Assembly: GCA_965238005.1 (NCBI GenBank)
Contig: OZ250165.1
Span: 1,536,001 to 1,600,000, forward strand
Length of the DNA stretch: 64,000 nt
Direction: 5' to 3'
Origin: Longimicrobiales bacterium
GTDB taxonomy: Bacteria; Gemmatimonadota; Gemmatimonadetes; Longimicrobiales; Gaopeijiaceae
Shown here: piece after piece, positions 1-9,976 of the stretch
Numbering within the stretch: position 1 is the first letter of the stretch
How the letters are laid out: the number at the start of each line of letters is the position of its first letter
Made by a program: the position numbers and the translations under genes
The notes under the pieces: model-generated
What the model saw: the letters and a program-made list of their open reading frames with translations, nothing else
What the model was told of the DNA's origin: nothing
Databases searched by the model: none

Positions 1-1010
1 GGAACGGCACATACCTGAGGCGGCTGCTGACGAGCCTGGGGCAGATCGAGGTCGCCATGCCCCGGAGCCGGGACAACGGTTCGCCGGCCGACGTGATCGG
101 CCGCTACCAGCGCAGGAGCCCCGAGCTCGACGAGATGATGGTCGAGGCGTATGTGAGCGGCGTGTCACAGCGCAAGATGGGCGACGTCACCGAGGCGCTG
201 ATGGGCGAGCGTGTTGGGCGCTCGACGGTGAGTCGTGTGGCAAAACGGCTCGACGAGGCCGTGGAAGGGCTGCGCCGTGCGCCGATCGAGGGGCCTCACC
301 CCTATCTGTACCTGGACGCCACGTTCTTGGACGCCCGCTGGGCCCGCAAAGTCGAGAACGTGAGTGCGCTCGTGGCGTATGCAGTGGGCCCTGAGGGTCA
401 CCGACGGCTCCTGGCCGTCACGCTGGGCGCTGAGGAGTCGCAGCAGAGCTGGTCGGAGCTCCTCGAGCAACTCCAGGACCGCGGCCTCGGCGGTGTCGAG
501 CTCGTGATCGCCGATGAGCACGCAGGCCTGGCAGCTGCGGTCCGCCGCTTCCTGCCCGAGGCACGCCGTCAGAGGTGTACGGTCCATCTGCAGCGTAATG
601 TGGGGGCGAGGGTCCCCCACCGCCTACGCAAGCGCGTGGCGCGTGAGGTCTCGGTGATCTTCCAGACATCCGGACTCGCCGAGGCGAAGAAGCTCCTGGG
701 CGAGTTCGGCGCACGCTGGAAGAAGGAGCTGCCCGAGGCCGTGGAGGTCCTGGAGCGGGGCTTCGGGGCAGCGACGCAGTTCTACGCGTTCCCCGAGGCG
801 CACTGGCCCCGGCTGCGTACCACCAACAGCCTCGAGCGGCTGCACGGCGAGATCAAACGCAGGATCAAGGCCGCCGGCGCCTTCCCGGACCGGGCCAGCG
901 CCCTCAGGCTCATCACGGCCGTCGCACTCAGGACCACACACGTCTGGGGCGACCGGCGTTACCTCGACCTGTCACTCCTCCAGAAACAGGAGGTCGCCCA
1001 AGCAGCCTAG
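1..1010 (+). CDS. IS256-family transposase, 5' partial
   Basis: Motifs YLYLDATF, LVIADEHAGL, QRCTVHLQRN, RTTNSLERLHGEIKRR; frame open upstream of the called start at 57. Confidence 0.95.
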   Translation, partial: NGTYLRRLLTSLGQIEVAMPRSRDNGSPADVIGRYQRRSPELDEMMVEAYVSGVSQRKMGDVTEALMGERVGRSTVSRVAKRLDEAVEGLRRAPIEGPHPYLYLDATFLDARWARKVENVSALVAYAVGPEGHRRLLAVTLGAEESQQSWSELLEQLQDRGLGGVELVIADEHAGLAAAVRRFLPEARRQRCTVHLQRNVGARVPHRLRKRVAREVSVIFQTSGLAEAKKLLGEFGARWKKELPEAVEVLERGFGAATQFYAFPEAHWPRLRTTNSLERLHGEIKRRIKAAGAFPDRASALRLITAVALRTTHVWGDRRYLDLSLLQKQEVAQAA

Positions 1011-1060
1011 CCGAAGGCGAGGAGCTTCCTCCGCTTTTACACACAAATCGGGACTTGACC
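1..1060 (+). mobile_element. IS256-family insertion sequence, left end outside the window
   Basis: Mutator-type transposase followed by an IS256-like terminus TTTTACACACAAATCGGGACTTGACC ending at 1060. Confidence 0.85.
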
Positions 1061-1091
1061 TTTCGGGCCGACAGTGTTGTCGATCCTTAGC

Positions 1092-1625
1092 TCATAGATG
1101 ATACAGCATGAGGTAGACGGCGACGCCGCTCACGGAAACGTAAAGCCAAAGCGGCAGCGTCCAGCGCGCGATCTTGCGATGCTTCGCGATGCGCTCGGTC
1201 CAGCCGCGATAGATCGTGAACAGCGCGAGCGGAACGATCACCATCGCCAGCGCGACGTGTGGCACGAGCACGGCGAAGTACACGCCGCGGATCCATCCCT
1301 CATGCTGGAAGGGAACGGAGCCGACCTGGGCGTGATGAAGCAGGTAGGTGACGAGGAAGAGCGACGACAGAACGAAAGCGGTCACCATACAGGTCCGGTG
1401 GGCTTTGATGTTCCTCTTGCGAATGAACGCGTAGCCGGTTAGCAGGAAACACGCCGCGCTTCCGTTTAGGACGGCGTTCACCGTTGCCAGCGCTCCCGGC
1501 GTCCCGGGTGCTGGGCCGCGCCCCGGCATGGCGTAGAGGACGATGATCACCGCCGCGAACACGACGACCGACAGGACACCAATCACCCAGCGTGCCGCGG
1601 GAGCCTCTGCTGTGACCGTACTCAC
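1092..1625 (-). CDS. DUF420 family membrane protein
   Basis: About 5 TM segments; NAVLNG, AHRTCM, FLVTYLLHH, HRKIARWTLPLWLYVSVSG. Confidence 0.9.
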   Translation of the reverse strand: MSTVTAEAPAARWVIGVLSVVVFAAVIIVLYAMPGRGPAPGTPGALATVNAVLNGSAACFLLTGYAFIRKRNIKAHRTCMVTAFVLSSLFLVTYLLHHAQVGSVPFQHEGWIRGVYFAVLVPHVALAMVIVPLALFTIYRGWTERIAKHRKIARWTLPLWLYVSVSGVAVYLMLYHL

Positions 1626-1655
1626 GACAGGAAATGGGATAAGCTCAAGACCGAT

Positions 1656-2117
1656 CTACATGCCTTCCAACCCAAGATCAGCCCGCGCCTGGTCCATGGT
1701 TACAGGGGTGATCATCTCGATACCACGCTCGCGCGCGTAATCGGTGTAGATGCGTTTGACCATTCCCCTCGCAAAAGCGGGCACTTTCTCGAGCCTGTCC
1801 CTCGCCTCCGGATTCCACTCCACCGCCTGCCTGGGCTTCGCGGCCCCCTCCGGAGGGCCGTCCGGCTCCTTGAACGCTTCGGAACGCCCATCTGCGAGAC
1901 TCGTCCGTACGAGTTCGAGTGGCTGCTTCGGCACCACGCGTCCCCCCAACTCGTAATCCAGGCTGTGCACGAGCTGCGTTTCCATCGGGTTCGCGAGGAG
2001 CGCGAGCTCCCAACCACAGCTGGCGCACTCAAATGCCGCTGTCATCGTTTGGTCACCAGGGCGCTGGACTTCAGTGAGCTTCATAGGCTCGTCGCATTCA
2101 AGGCAAAGGAACTTCAT
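1656..2117 (-). CDS. Zn-ribbon plus PCP_red (protochlorophyllide reductase C-terminal-like) domain protein
   Basis: CxxC...CxxC N-terminus; C-terminal WNPEARDRLEKVPAFARGMVKRIYTDYARERG. Confidence 0.75.
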   Translation of the reverse strand: MKFLCLECDEPMKLTEVQRPGDQTMTAAFECASCGWELALLANPMETQLVHSLDYELGGRVVPKQPLELVRTSLADGRSEAFKEPDGPPEGAAKPRQAVEWNPEARDRLEKVPAFARGMVKRIYTDYARERGIEMITPVTMDQARADLGLEGM

Positions 2118-2160
2118 TGGCTAGTGCTCCTCAGGTCCTTTCGATCTTTGCCACCCGGCT

Positions 2161-2367
2161 TCAGGCATCAGCTCCGCGCACCCTCTGGGCCTGATCGAGC
2201 AGCACCTCGAGCTCCTCGTCGGTGAGGTCGTCTAGCTCGGCTTGGCGGTCCAGCAGCGCGGTACGCCGTTCGCGGCCACGAAGGAAGACGACCTCCATCT
2301 CTAGCTCGCGAATAAGCATCCAGCGCTTCCCGTCCCTTGGATCCGTCCAACTCCTCGTGCGGTCCAT
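2161..2367 (-). CDS. Small hypothetical protein
   Basis: GGAGG SD before ATG; protein-like composition (LDDLTDEELEVLLD). Confidence 0.6.
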   Translation of the reverse strand: MDRTRSWTDPRDGKRWMLIRELEMEVVFLRGRERRTALLDRQAELDDLTDEELEVLLDQAQRVRGADA

Positions 2368-2716
2368 GGATCACACCTCCGTCCGCCTGGCCGGTGGGGG
2401 GGAGGGCGGCTGGCGGTTTCCTGCGTTCTAACTGGTGTTGATTCTAATCGCTGGCTCTGGACAGGGGCAAGCGAATCCCCTGCCCTTCGGGCGGTTGCCA
2501 GCTCCGCAACCGCTTCTCCGCCACCGTCAGGAGCGTCGCAGAGTAGGGCCGTACCACTTCTTGAGCACCTGACGACCACGTGGGTTCGAGCCGAGCGGTC
2601 ATGATGGGTGGCCGCGGATGCGGGCCTCCTTGGGGTCTTCCGCGAGACTACCGAGCGCAGCGAGGTGAATCCCACCCCCTCCGCTTCTCAGGGTCCTCGT
2701 GGAGGACGGTCGCGAA

Positions 2717-2770
2717 GCTCGACGAGTTGTCCTGATAATCGTACGTATATCCTTACTTAGATTATACGTA
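2717..2770. repeat. 54-bp direct repeat copy 1, containing TACGTA-N17-TACGTA
   Basis: 50/54 identical to 5115-5168. Confidence 0.9.
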
Positions 2771-2892
2771 TATGCCGGTTAGTCCAGGAAGAAGCCTGAA
2801 GGTTGCGTGTTCCTAAGTCGAGTTCTCAGGTGTTCTCCCGCTCCTCCGAACGGTGATCGAGCTTGAAAACGGGACATCGGCCTCTCCTCGGC

Positions 2893-4842
2893 TCACGGCA
2901 GAACTAACGCCACGAACTCCGCTGGATGGCCCGCGTTGCCCACGCTTACGACGATGTGCTGCCGGTCTTCGACCATATAGGTCATCGGGACGCCGTTCGG
3001 AATGGCGGGCAACTCAATCGTCGCAAGCAGCTCTCCAGTCGCTTTGTCGTGGACGCGCAGCTCCGGGTCGCCCGCTCCCCGCCAGCCCCCGGTAACGAAC
3101 AGCAGCGACTTGGTGACCATCGTCCCCGATGAAAGGCGCTTTCCCGTCTTCGGAATGTCCACGCCCTGGAGAGCCGGATGATCCAGCACGTCCTGGGGCG
3201 TATCCCCGTTGGCAACCGTCCAGAGATGGTCGCCGGTGTTCAGGTCGATCGCCGTGATTCTCCCCCACGGTGGCTTGATGAGGGGCAGCCCCATAGGGGT
3301 GGGCAGCCCGGCACTGCCCTGGATGTAGTTCATGTTGGAGCGATCGGGATCGTTCACCATTGCTCGGACGTTCGGTCCGGTCGCGGAACCGACGTACAGG
3401 ACCCCGGTCTCCGGGTCGAGCGATGCGCCGGGCCAGTTGGCGCCACCGAGTGAGCCGGGCAGCTGGATGGTCCCTTTCGTGCCGTCGGGCGCCTCCGCCA
3501 ACGAGGGCGGCGTGTACAGCGGGCCGATCCGATACTCCGCGAGCGAATCGATCGCAGCCGCCCTGATCGCCGGTGTGAAGTCGATGAGATCGTCGAGTGA
3601 CACACCCTGTCGATCGAACGGTGCCGGCCTGGTCGGGAACGGTTGGGTCGGCGCCGTCCGCTCCATGGACACATCACTCTGCCCGACCGGGCGCTCCTCG
3701 ATAGGCCACACGGGCTCACCCGTGACGCGGTCGAAGACATAGGTGAACGCTTGCTTCGTCACTTGCGCGACCGCCTTGATCGGCCGCCCGTCCACGACGA
3801 TGTCCGCCAGAACTGGCGGCGCCGGTGGGTCGAAGTCCCAGATGTCATGGTGGATCATCTGGAAGTGCCAGACGCGCTCACCGGTCCTCGCGTCGAGACA
3901 GACCAGGCTCTGGGAGAACAGGTTATTCCCCGGTCGGTGCCCTCCGTAGTAGTCGCCCGTCCCGGCCTCGACCGGCAGGTAGACGTACCCGAGCTCGGCG
4001 TCGGCGCTGAACGGCGCCCAAACGGCGACGTTCCCCGTGTAGCTCCAGGAGTCGTCCTCCCAGGTCTCGTGCCCGAACTCGCCCGGCTGGGGAATCGTGT
4101 GGAAGATCCAGAGCCGCTCTCCCGTGCGGACATCGTAGCCGCGGACGTGGCCCGGAGGGTTCTCCTTGGTCGGCGGCGCATCACCCTCCGCCAGCGCCGC
4201 TCCGACGACCACGACGTCACCCACGATGACGGGTGGCGAACTAGAGCCGATAACGCCCTCGATCAGGTCTACCAGGCGGTCGAGGCCCCGCTTCAAATCC
4301 ACGACGCCGTCCTGCCCGAAATTGAGGACGGGTCGCCCGGTCGCAGCGTCGAGCGCAACCAGATGATAACCCGGCGTTATCAGGAAGATCTGCGCATCTC
4401 TCTCGTCCGGGCCTCCGGACCAATAGGTGATGCCTCGGCCCGAGTTGCGGCGCGGCGCGTTATCCCCTCGCACCCCCTCGTCCATTCGGTACATCCACAG
4501 CGTCTCTCCACTCGCTGCGTCGATCGCGACCGCGGCCCGTCGAAGCCCTGCGGTCGCATATAGCACCCCATTTACCATGATCGGGGTCACGCGGGAGTAG
4601 GTCTCGGTACGAGCGCCGAAGTTGTCGGTCTTCCACCGCCAGGCGATCTCCAGATCCTGCACGTTGTCGCGATTGATCTGGTCGAGCGGAGAGTATTTCG
4701 TGCTGCCGAGGTCGCCTGCATACGAGCGCCATTCGCCCGAAGTGGTGCCCTGCTGGGCGACGACTGGACCGGCAAAGCCGCACATCAGCCACACGGACAA
4801 TGCCAAAATCTTGGGTCTCATCTCGATAACCGATTGGCGCAT
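2893..4842 (-). CDS. PQQ-dependent glucose/quinate dehydrogenase family quinoprotein, exported
   Basis: Signal peptide; YSPLDQINRDNV, WHFQMIHHDIWDFD, PPWGRITAIDLNTG, PMTY. Confidence 0.93.
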   Translation of the reverse strand: MRQSVIEMRPKILALSVWLMCGFAGPVVAQQGTTSGEWRSYAGDLGSTKYSPLDQINRDNVQDLEIAWRWKTDNFGARTETYSRVTPIMVNGVLYATAGLRRAAVAIDAASGETLWMYRMDEGVRGDNAPRRNSGRGITYWSGGPDERDAQIFLITPGYHLVALDAATGRPVLNFGQDGVVDLKRGLDRLVDLIEGVIGSSSPPVIVGDVVVVGAALAEGDAPPTKENPPGHVRGYDVRTGERLWIFHTIPQPGEFGHETWEDDSWSYTGNVAVWAPFSADAELGYVYLPVEAGTGDYYGGHRPGNNLFSQSLVCLDARTGERVWHFQMIHHDIWDFDPPAPPVLADIVVDGRPIKAVAQVTKQAFTYVFDRVTGEPVWPIEERPVGQSDVSMERTAPTQPFPTRPAPFDRQGVSLDDLIDFTPAIRAAAIDSLAEYRIGPLYTPPSLAEAPDGTKGTIQLPGSLGGANWPGASLDPETGVLYVGSATGPNVRAMVNDPDRSNMNYIQGSAGLPTPMGLPLIKPPWGRITAIDLNTGDHLWTVANGDTPQDVLDHPALQGVDIPKTGKRLSSGTMVTKSLLFVTGGWRGAGDPELRVHDKATGELLATIELPAIPNGVPMTYMVEDRQHIVVSVGNAGHPAEFVALVLP

Positions 4843-5114
4843 GGTAAGAATCTATGACTGCAGAACGCACTCTACACCGTGACGCCCCGAGCATCGCATG
4901 GTGGCGCCGTTCAATGCCCGGACGCAAGGGCACCCCGACCTTCCGGAACGGGTCGTTCCTGTTGCCCAACCACCGGCCATGGCCCATCCTCATCGTCCCG
5001 ATAGTATCGGCCTGGCTACGGATAGGAAATCCAACCGACGGACCGGGGGGGAAGGCAACGGTGGGTCGGGGTTGGGAGGATACGAGGAGCGAGGGAATAC
5101 GGGTCGGGACGCCT

Positions 5115-5168
5115 GCTCGACGAGTTGTCCTCATGATCGTACGTATAGCTTTACTTAGATTATACGTA
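5115..5168. repeat. 54-bp direct repeat copy 2, containing TACGTA-N17-TACGTA
   Basis: 50/54 identical to 2717-2770. Confidence 0.9.
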
Positions 5169-5246
5169 CTGCCGCATAGTCCGAGAGGAAGGTCTTACCT
5201 CGAAAGCTCCGTCCGCCGCGCACACTCCGCCCGACCTGGGACCCAC

Positions 5247-5738
5247 ATGGCAGATCCGGAGAAGCGAAAGGGCCCGACGCCCCCGGGCCCTGAAGCGAAG
5301 GGCGGCGGCCCAGACCTCCAGGACCTTCCTCAGGCGCTCCACCGCTTTCTCGAGTTGTTCAACGCGCGAGAGTACTGGGAGAGCCACGAGGTGCTCGAGG
5401 GCCCATGGCGCGAAGGGGGGAGCGACTTTTACCAGGGCTTGCTCCTCTACGCCAGCGCGTTCGTACACGCCCAGCGGGGCAACTCATACGGCGTCGGCGC
5501 GCAGCTCGAGAAGGCAGAGCGGAAGCTGGCCGGGTACCGGCCCTGCTACCTGGGTGTCAACGTCGATGCCGTGCTCGCCCACGCGGCTCGCTGCCGCGAG
5601 ATCGTCGAACGCAGTCCGGACGAGGACCCGCGTTCGTGGCTAGGAGTCGCCGGCGTGCCTCGCCTCGAGCTCGACATACGGCTCGTGCGCGGTGACGAGC
5701 CAGAGCTCCGAAGGGGGGAAGGAGAAACCAACCGATGA
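5247..5738 (+). CDS. DUF309 domain protein
   Basis: LFNAREYWESHEVLEGPW...FYQGLL...AFVH signature. Confidence 0.88.
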   Translation: MADPEKRKGPTPPGPEAKGGGPDLQDLPQALHRFLELFNAREYWESHEVLEGPWREGGSDFYQGLLLYASAFVHAQRGNSYGVGAQLEKAERKLAGYRPCYLGVNVDAVLAHAARCREIVERSPDEDPRSWLGVAGVPRLELDIRLVRGDEPELRRGEGETNR

Positions 5739-5873
5739 GCCTGAGCGGTCACGCGCTGCGGTCCGGCCGCTACCGGCTGCTCGCGAACGGAGCCGCGTGT
5801 GTCGGCGTCACGGAGGTGCGCCTACGGGACCCAGATCCGTGCGGCGGCGTCCTCGGGGCGCTACACTCCACGC

Positions 5874-6200
5874 ATGGGATTCCTGGACACGAGCGCCTCC
5901 CGTCGCTTCGCGGCGGATAAGATGCAGAAGGTGAACCTGTTCGAGACACCGCAAATGTTCTGCGATGTGTACTGCCTCGAGCCAGGCCAGACGCAGGAGG
6001 TGCACGCACACCCCGGGGCCACGAAGTTCTACTACGTGATCGAGGGTGAGGGCACCTTCACCATCGGCGATGCCACGCGCACCCTCGGGCCCGGCGGCGT
6101 CGCTTGGTCCGCGCCCGACGAGGCGCACGGGGTGGAGAACCGCGGCAATGTGCAGCTCGTGACACTCGTCTCGATGGCGCCCAACCCGAACTTCCCCTAG
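5874..6200 (+). CDS. Cupin domain protein
   Basis: LEPGQ..HAH..YYVIEGEG...HGVEN cupin motifs. Confidence 0.88.
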   Translation: MGFLDTSASRRFAADKMQKVNLFETPQMFCDVYCLEPGQTQEVHAHPGATKFYYVIEGEGTFTIGDATRTLGPGGVAWSAPDEAHGVENRGNVQLVTLVSMAPNPNFP

Positions 6201-6398
6201 TGCGGACGGGGCGCTCGATCGACCCGATGGGGCGAAGACGGTCATGATCTACTGTGCCAGCTATTCGAAGGCGCAGGACCTCACGATCGCGCTGGACGCG
6301 ATTTATGACGAGTCGGCCGCAGGCCTCAACGGCATCCCACCCGACACGCGGCCTGCCCCACTCCCTCGAGGCAGTTGAGACCAAGGAGAAGGCGCGCA

Positions 6399-7415
6399 GT
6401 GCTGGACACGTTCGGCCGGCCTCTTAAGAGCCTCAGGGTCTCACTGATCGACAAATGCAACCTGCGTTGCCAGTACTGCATGCCCGAGGAGGAGTATGTC
6501 TGGCTGCCCCGCGACGACATCCTCACCGTCGAAGAGATCGGCGATCTCGTCGATGTCTTCAGCGAGCTTGGGGTGGACAAGGTACGGCTTACGGGCGGCG
6601 AGCCGCTTCTCCGCCGCGAAGCGGCGAATGTGGTGGAGCGGCTAGCGGCAAACCCGGACGTTCGTGACCTGAGCATAACCACCAATGGTGTGTTGCTGGC
6701 GAATCAGGCGGAGTCGCTCCGGAGCGCGGGACTGGACCGGGTCACTGTGAGCCTGGATACGTTACGGCCGGCGCGGTTCAAGCAGCTCACGCGCCGCGAC
6801 CGGCTCCCTCAGGTGCTCGAAGGTATCGATGCGGCCGCGGAGCACGGATTGAAACCCCTCAAGATCAATACTGTGGTCATGCGCGGGTACAACGACGACG
6901 AGCTCACGGACTTGATCGACTTCGCTAGAGATAGGGGCGCAGAAGCCCGGTTCATCGAATACATGGACGTGGGCGGCGCGACGCGGTGGTCGATGGACAT
7001 GGTCGTTTCGAGTAGGGAGGTACTGAGCCGGCTGAAGAGTCACTATGGGCCGATCGAGCCTCTTGGCGACAATGGCTCGGCTCCAGCGGACCGCTATGCG
7101 CTGCCCGACGGGACGACCTTCGGCATCATCGCCTCGACAACCGAACCATTCTGCCGCGCCTGCGACCGGAGCCGGCTCACTGCGGATGGGATCTGGTTCC
7201 TGTGTCTCTACGCGGCACACGGGATCGACCTGCGGCAGCCTCTGCGAGAGCGGGCCTCCCGAGAGGAGATCAGGTCGCTGATCGTCCGCGGGTGGACGAA
7301 TCGTGCGGACCGTGGGGCCGAGGATAGAAAGGCGCTGGGCTCCCGAGGCCCTCTCTATCAGATCAAAGATCTGCGCAAAGATCCGCACCGGGAGATGCAC
7401 ACGCGGGGTGGGTGA
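6399..7415 (+). CDS. moaA: GTP 3',8-cyclase (molybdenum cofactor biosynthesis)
   Basis: CNLRCQYC radical SAM motif, FCRACDRSRLT, C-terminal GG. Confidence 0.96.
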   Translation: MLDTFGRPLKSLRVSLIDKCNLRCQYCMPEEEYVWLPRDDILTVEEIGDLVDVFSELGVDKVRLTGGEPLLRREAANVVERLAANPDVRDLSITTNGVLLANQAESLRSAGLDRVTVSLDTLRPARFKQLTRRDRLPQVLEGIDAAAEHGLKPLKINTVVMRGYNDDELTDLIDFARDRGAEARFIEYMDVGGATRWSMDMVVSSREVLSRLKSHYGPIEPLGDNGSAPADRYALPDGTTFGIIASTTEPFCRACDRSRLTADGIWFLCLYAAHGIDLRQPLRERASREEIRSLIVRGWTNRADRGAEDRKALGSRGPLYQIKDLRKDPHREMHTRGG

Positions 7416-7424
7416 CGGCGCAGC

Positions 7425-8055
7425 TTAGGCCAACGAGGCGGAGAAGAAGTCGAGCTCACAGCGCATCGCGTACCCGTAGGCCAGAGCGACCCTGTGTGTT
7501 CCCTCGGCCAGCTGGTCGAGCAGCGACTCGAGCTCGGCGGCCAGCGCCTCGAACTCCGCGCTCGAGTAGGTCTCGATCCACTCCCGATAGGGATTCTGGG
7601 AGTGATCCCGTAAGGCCAACTCCTGTCCTAAGTATGCATAGAGGCGCATGCAGGGTGTCATCGCCGCGATGATCTCACCTACTTCTGCCGTCCACGCGGT
7701 CCGAAGTAAGAAATCGGTATAGGCGCGGGCGGCCGGATGGGGTCGGACGTTCCCCAAATCGATTGCCAGACTCTCAGCGTAGCCTTCGTGGAGCTTCAGC
7801 TCATCCAGTACACCGCGCATGAGACCGTGGAGCCGTTGTACCACCTCCCGTTTCTCCACTACCCGGACAGCGCCCAGGGCGTAGGCGCTGAAAAAGGCCC
7901 GCAGAAAAAAAAGCGTCCTGGGCCACATAGTGCTTGAAGACCTCGGGATCCAAGCTGCCGTCTCCCAAGCCACGGACGAACGGATGGGCTAGACATTCTC
8001 CGGCTAGCGCCTGGTTTCCCTGCCATAACGTCTTGTGGAGCGGTTCGGCCGACAT
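7425..8055 (-). pseudogene. tenA: TenA family thiaminase II (Cys type), frameshifted at an A8 run (7905-7912)
   Basis: N-terminal HPFVRGLGDGSL..YVAQDAFF in one frame and MTPCMRLY..YREWIETYSS in another; one extra base in a homopolymer, possibly a sequencing error. Confidence 0.8.
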
Positions 8056-8062
8056 GATCGGT

Positions 8063-8665
8063 TCAGCCTTCCCAGGTCATGCGCCAGAAATCCCGCTCAT
8101 AGCGCATCACCTCGTTGAACATCGCCTGCTGACGGGGATGGGGATGCTCGTCTGCGAGCCTCGACAGGATACGGACGTAGGCTTGGAAGTCCTCATGGGT
8201 CCACCGGTCGATAAACTCGGCGTACGGCCCCTGGGCCTCAAGACGACCCCACGCGACCGTATAGGCCACCTCGACGCCGTAGAAGAGTGCCAGCAGCACC
8301 TGGAACGGCTCGGAGTAGCCCGCGGTGATCAGAAAGTCGATGTAGCGCTGGCACGCTGGGTGGAACTCGGCGCCCAGATCGAGAGATCTGGCCTGGGCGT
8401 GCGCCTCGAACCAGTCGAGCTCGACGTCGAGGGCCGAGAGGCCCGCGATCAAAGCGCTCTGCCCCGGCCTGGGCGTCTTCGCGACCGTCAGGGACGCGAA
8501 GACGGCAAACCCTCTCACGAACAGGTAGTCCTGCACGAGCCAGCGGTTGAACGTATCCTCGGGCAGCGAGCCGTCGCCGACGGCGTTCAGGAACTCCGCG
8601 CGTGTACCGAGATCCCAGAGGTCCCCAGCGCCCAAGGCAAGACGCGATTCCGTAAACTCTTTCAC
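8063..8665 (-). CDS. TenA/THI-4 family protein (Glu type, TenA_E-like)
   Basis: FNRWLVQDYLFV, FYGVEVAY (no catalytic Cys), ERDFW. Confidence 0.88.
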   Translation of the reverse strand: MKEFTESRLALGAGDLWDLGTRAEFLNAVGDGSLPEDTFNRWLVQDYLFVRGFAVFASLTVAKTPRPGQSALIAGLSALDVELDWFEAHAQARSLDLGAEFHPACQRYIDFLITAGYSEPFQVLLALFYGVEVAYTVAWGRLEAQGPYAEFIDRWTHEDFQAYVRILSRLADEHPHPRQQAMFNEVMRYERDFWRMTWEG

Positions 8666-8869
8666 CTACGGCCTTCCTCTATACCGGTTCAGAAGGTGAA
8701 GAGCGAGCTCTAGCTCGTCCAATAGGCTCTCCCCCATTGTGCTGTCTTTCAGCTTAGGGCCGAGCTGCGGAGGCCGCTTCATCCCAGCGTCGACCAACCC
8801 CTACCTAGCTGCACCTAAATCGCGCGCGGGGGTTTGGGTTGGGCGGGGGCTCCCCGGGACTCTCGGCAG

Positions 8870-9040
8870 CTACAGATCGAAGCGCTGGTGTTGAAAGGCG
8901 AAGGTGTACTCCTCGAGTTCGGTGAGCACCGGCTCATAGATGTCGGACAACATGGGCATGTGAACTCCGCTGAGATCGATCTTCCCCTCGAGGATCAGCC
9001 GGCTGGCGATTGCGGCGGGGAGGGAAACGGCGCGGGACGA
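8870..9040 (-). pseudogene. C-terminal remnant of a saccharopine dehydrogenase-like gene
   Basis: Manual translation SRAVSLPAAIASRLILEGKIDLSGVHMPMLSDIYEPVLTELEEY...stop, with no upstream gene body. Confidence 0.6.
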
Positions 9041-9240
9041 TCCCTTCCAGCGCGCCCGCTGGTTGTTTCACCAGTCGTCCCGTGACCGGTGGCGGGCTTT
9101 GTCAAGCTCCCATCATGGGGTTGGGAGGAGCATTTCCGCCAGCTGCTGCAGGTTCGGGCGTCACGCATTAGATTGAGAACGAGCGGCCCAGTGTCGAACG
9201 CCGCGATTTCTTCTCGGTCCCCAGGCGAGAGGGTTTTGCC

Positions 9241-9522
9241 ATGGCCATGCACCTGTATCCGGACCACGCCCATCCCATGGGGATAAGCGGAAGGCCGTGG
9301 TTCCGGGTGAAGGACGACAAGCTGTTCCCCGATATCGGGCATCCCAAGAGGGTGGACTTCAAACCCTGGTTCCGCATCAAAGACGGAAAAGTCTACACGG
9401 CGGAGGGACATCCCGACGGCAGAAGCACCCGGCCCCGGTTCCGGGTTGAGAACGGCAAGCTGTTCCCCGACGTCGGACATCCCGACGGGCACGGCATCCG
9501 AGCCTGGTACCAGATTCGATAG
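9241..9522 (+). CDS. Small hypothetical protein made of about 4 tandem 22-aa repeats
   Basis: Repeating (Y/F)P..GHP.G...PWFR(V/I).DGK units. Confidence 0.75.
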   Translation: MAMHLYPDHAHPMGISGRPWFRVKDDKLFPDIGHPKRVDFKPWFRIKDGKVYTAEGHPDGRSTRPRFRVENGKLFPDVGHPDGHGIRAWYQIR

Positions 9523-9569
9523 GCTCGGGGTCGCCCACGGTGTGGGCTGTGGATAGGTCCGATCAGGAC

Positions 9570-9785
9570 CTATCGGTCCTGCGGACCTGCCAGCGTTCCA
9601 TCGAAGCCGTTCGTCTTGTGGCTTCCATCACAGAACGGCTTGTTGCTCGAGCCGCCGCACCGACACAGAGAGTAGGGCTTGCCTTCAGGCGTAGGCAGCA
9701 CGTTCCCGTCATGATCGACAAGAGGGATCTCTTCATCTATCCGTAGGGATCCGTTCTCCCGGATGGTGATCTGCAGGTCGGACAA
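9570..9785 (-). CDS. CDGSH iron-sulfur domain protein
   Basis: LCRCGGSSNKPFCDGSH; AGGAG SD before TTG at 9785. Confidence 0.9.
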   Translation of the reverse strand: MSDLQITIRENGSLRIDEEIPLVDHDGNVLPTPEGKPYSLCRCGGSSNKPFCDGSHKTNGFDGTLAGPQDR

Positions 9786-9857
9786 CGCTTTGCTCCTGAG
9801 CTGGCGGTCGTGTGGGAACTCCGACGTACCCCGTTCCCGGCCCTGGTTCCCTGCGCC

Positions 9858-9897
9858 CTGGTGTGGTGGCCGAGACACTTCTGGGACACCACACTAG
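9858..9897. mobile_element. Internally deleted copy of the 125-bp MITE-like element
   Basis: TGGCCGAGACACTTCTGGGACACCACACTAG is identical to the right end of the 52451 copy and is preceded by a short left-end remnant. Confidence 0.8.
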
Positions 9898-9976
9898 CAC
9901 CGGCTTTGTCTTGGAGCCCTCGAGGCCGTTGGGTAGATTCCGTTAATCCGTCCATTACCTCCACTCGGGAATCCGC

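Noticed and set aside
2400..2700. Riboswitch or ncRNA in the hairpin-rich spacer (also 4860-5110)
   Set aside because: Several GC hairpins but no recognisable consensus; partial c-di-GMP-I-like words do not assemble into the motif
2740..2770. dif/Xer site
   Set aside because: Arm and spacer geometry does not fit 11-6-11 and there is no TTATGTTAAAT-like XerD arm
8666..8830. TPP riboswitch upstream of the tenA genes
   Set aside because: No CTGAGA or ACCTGAT...GCGTAGGGA core found on the minus strand
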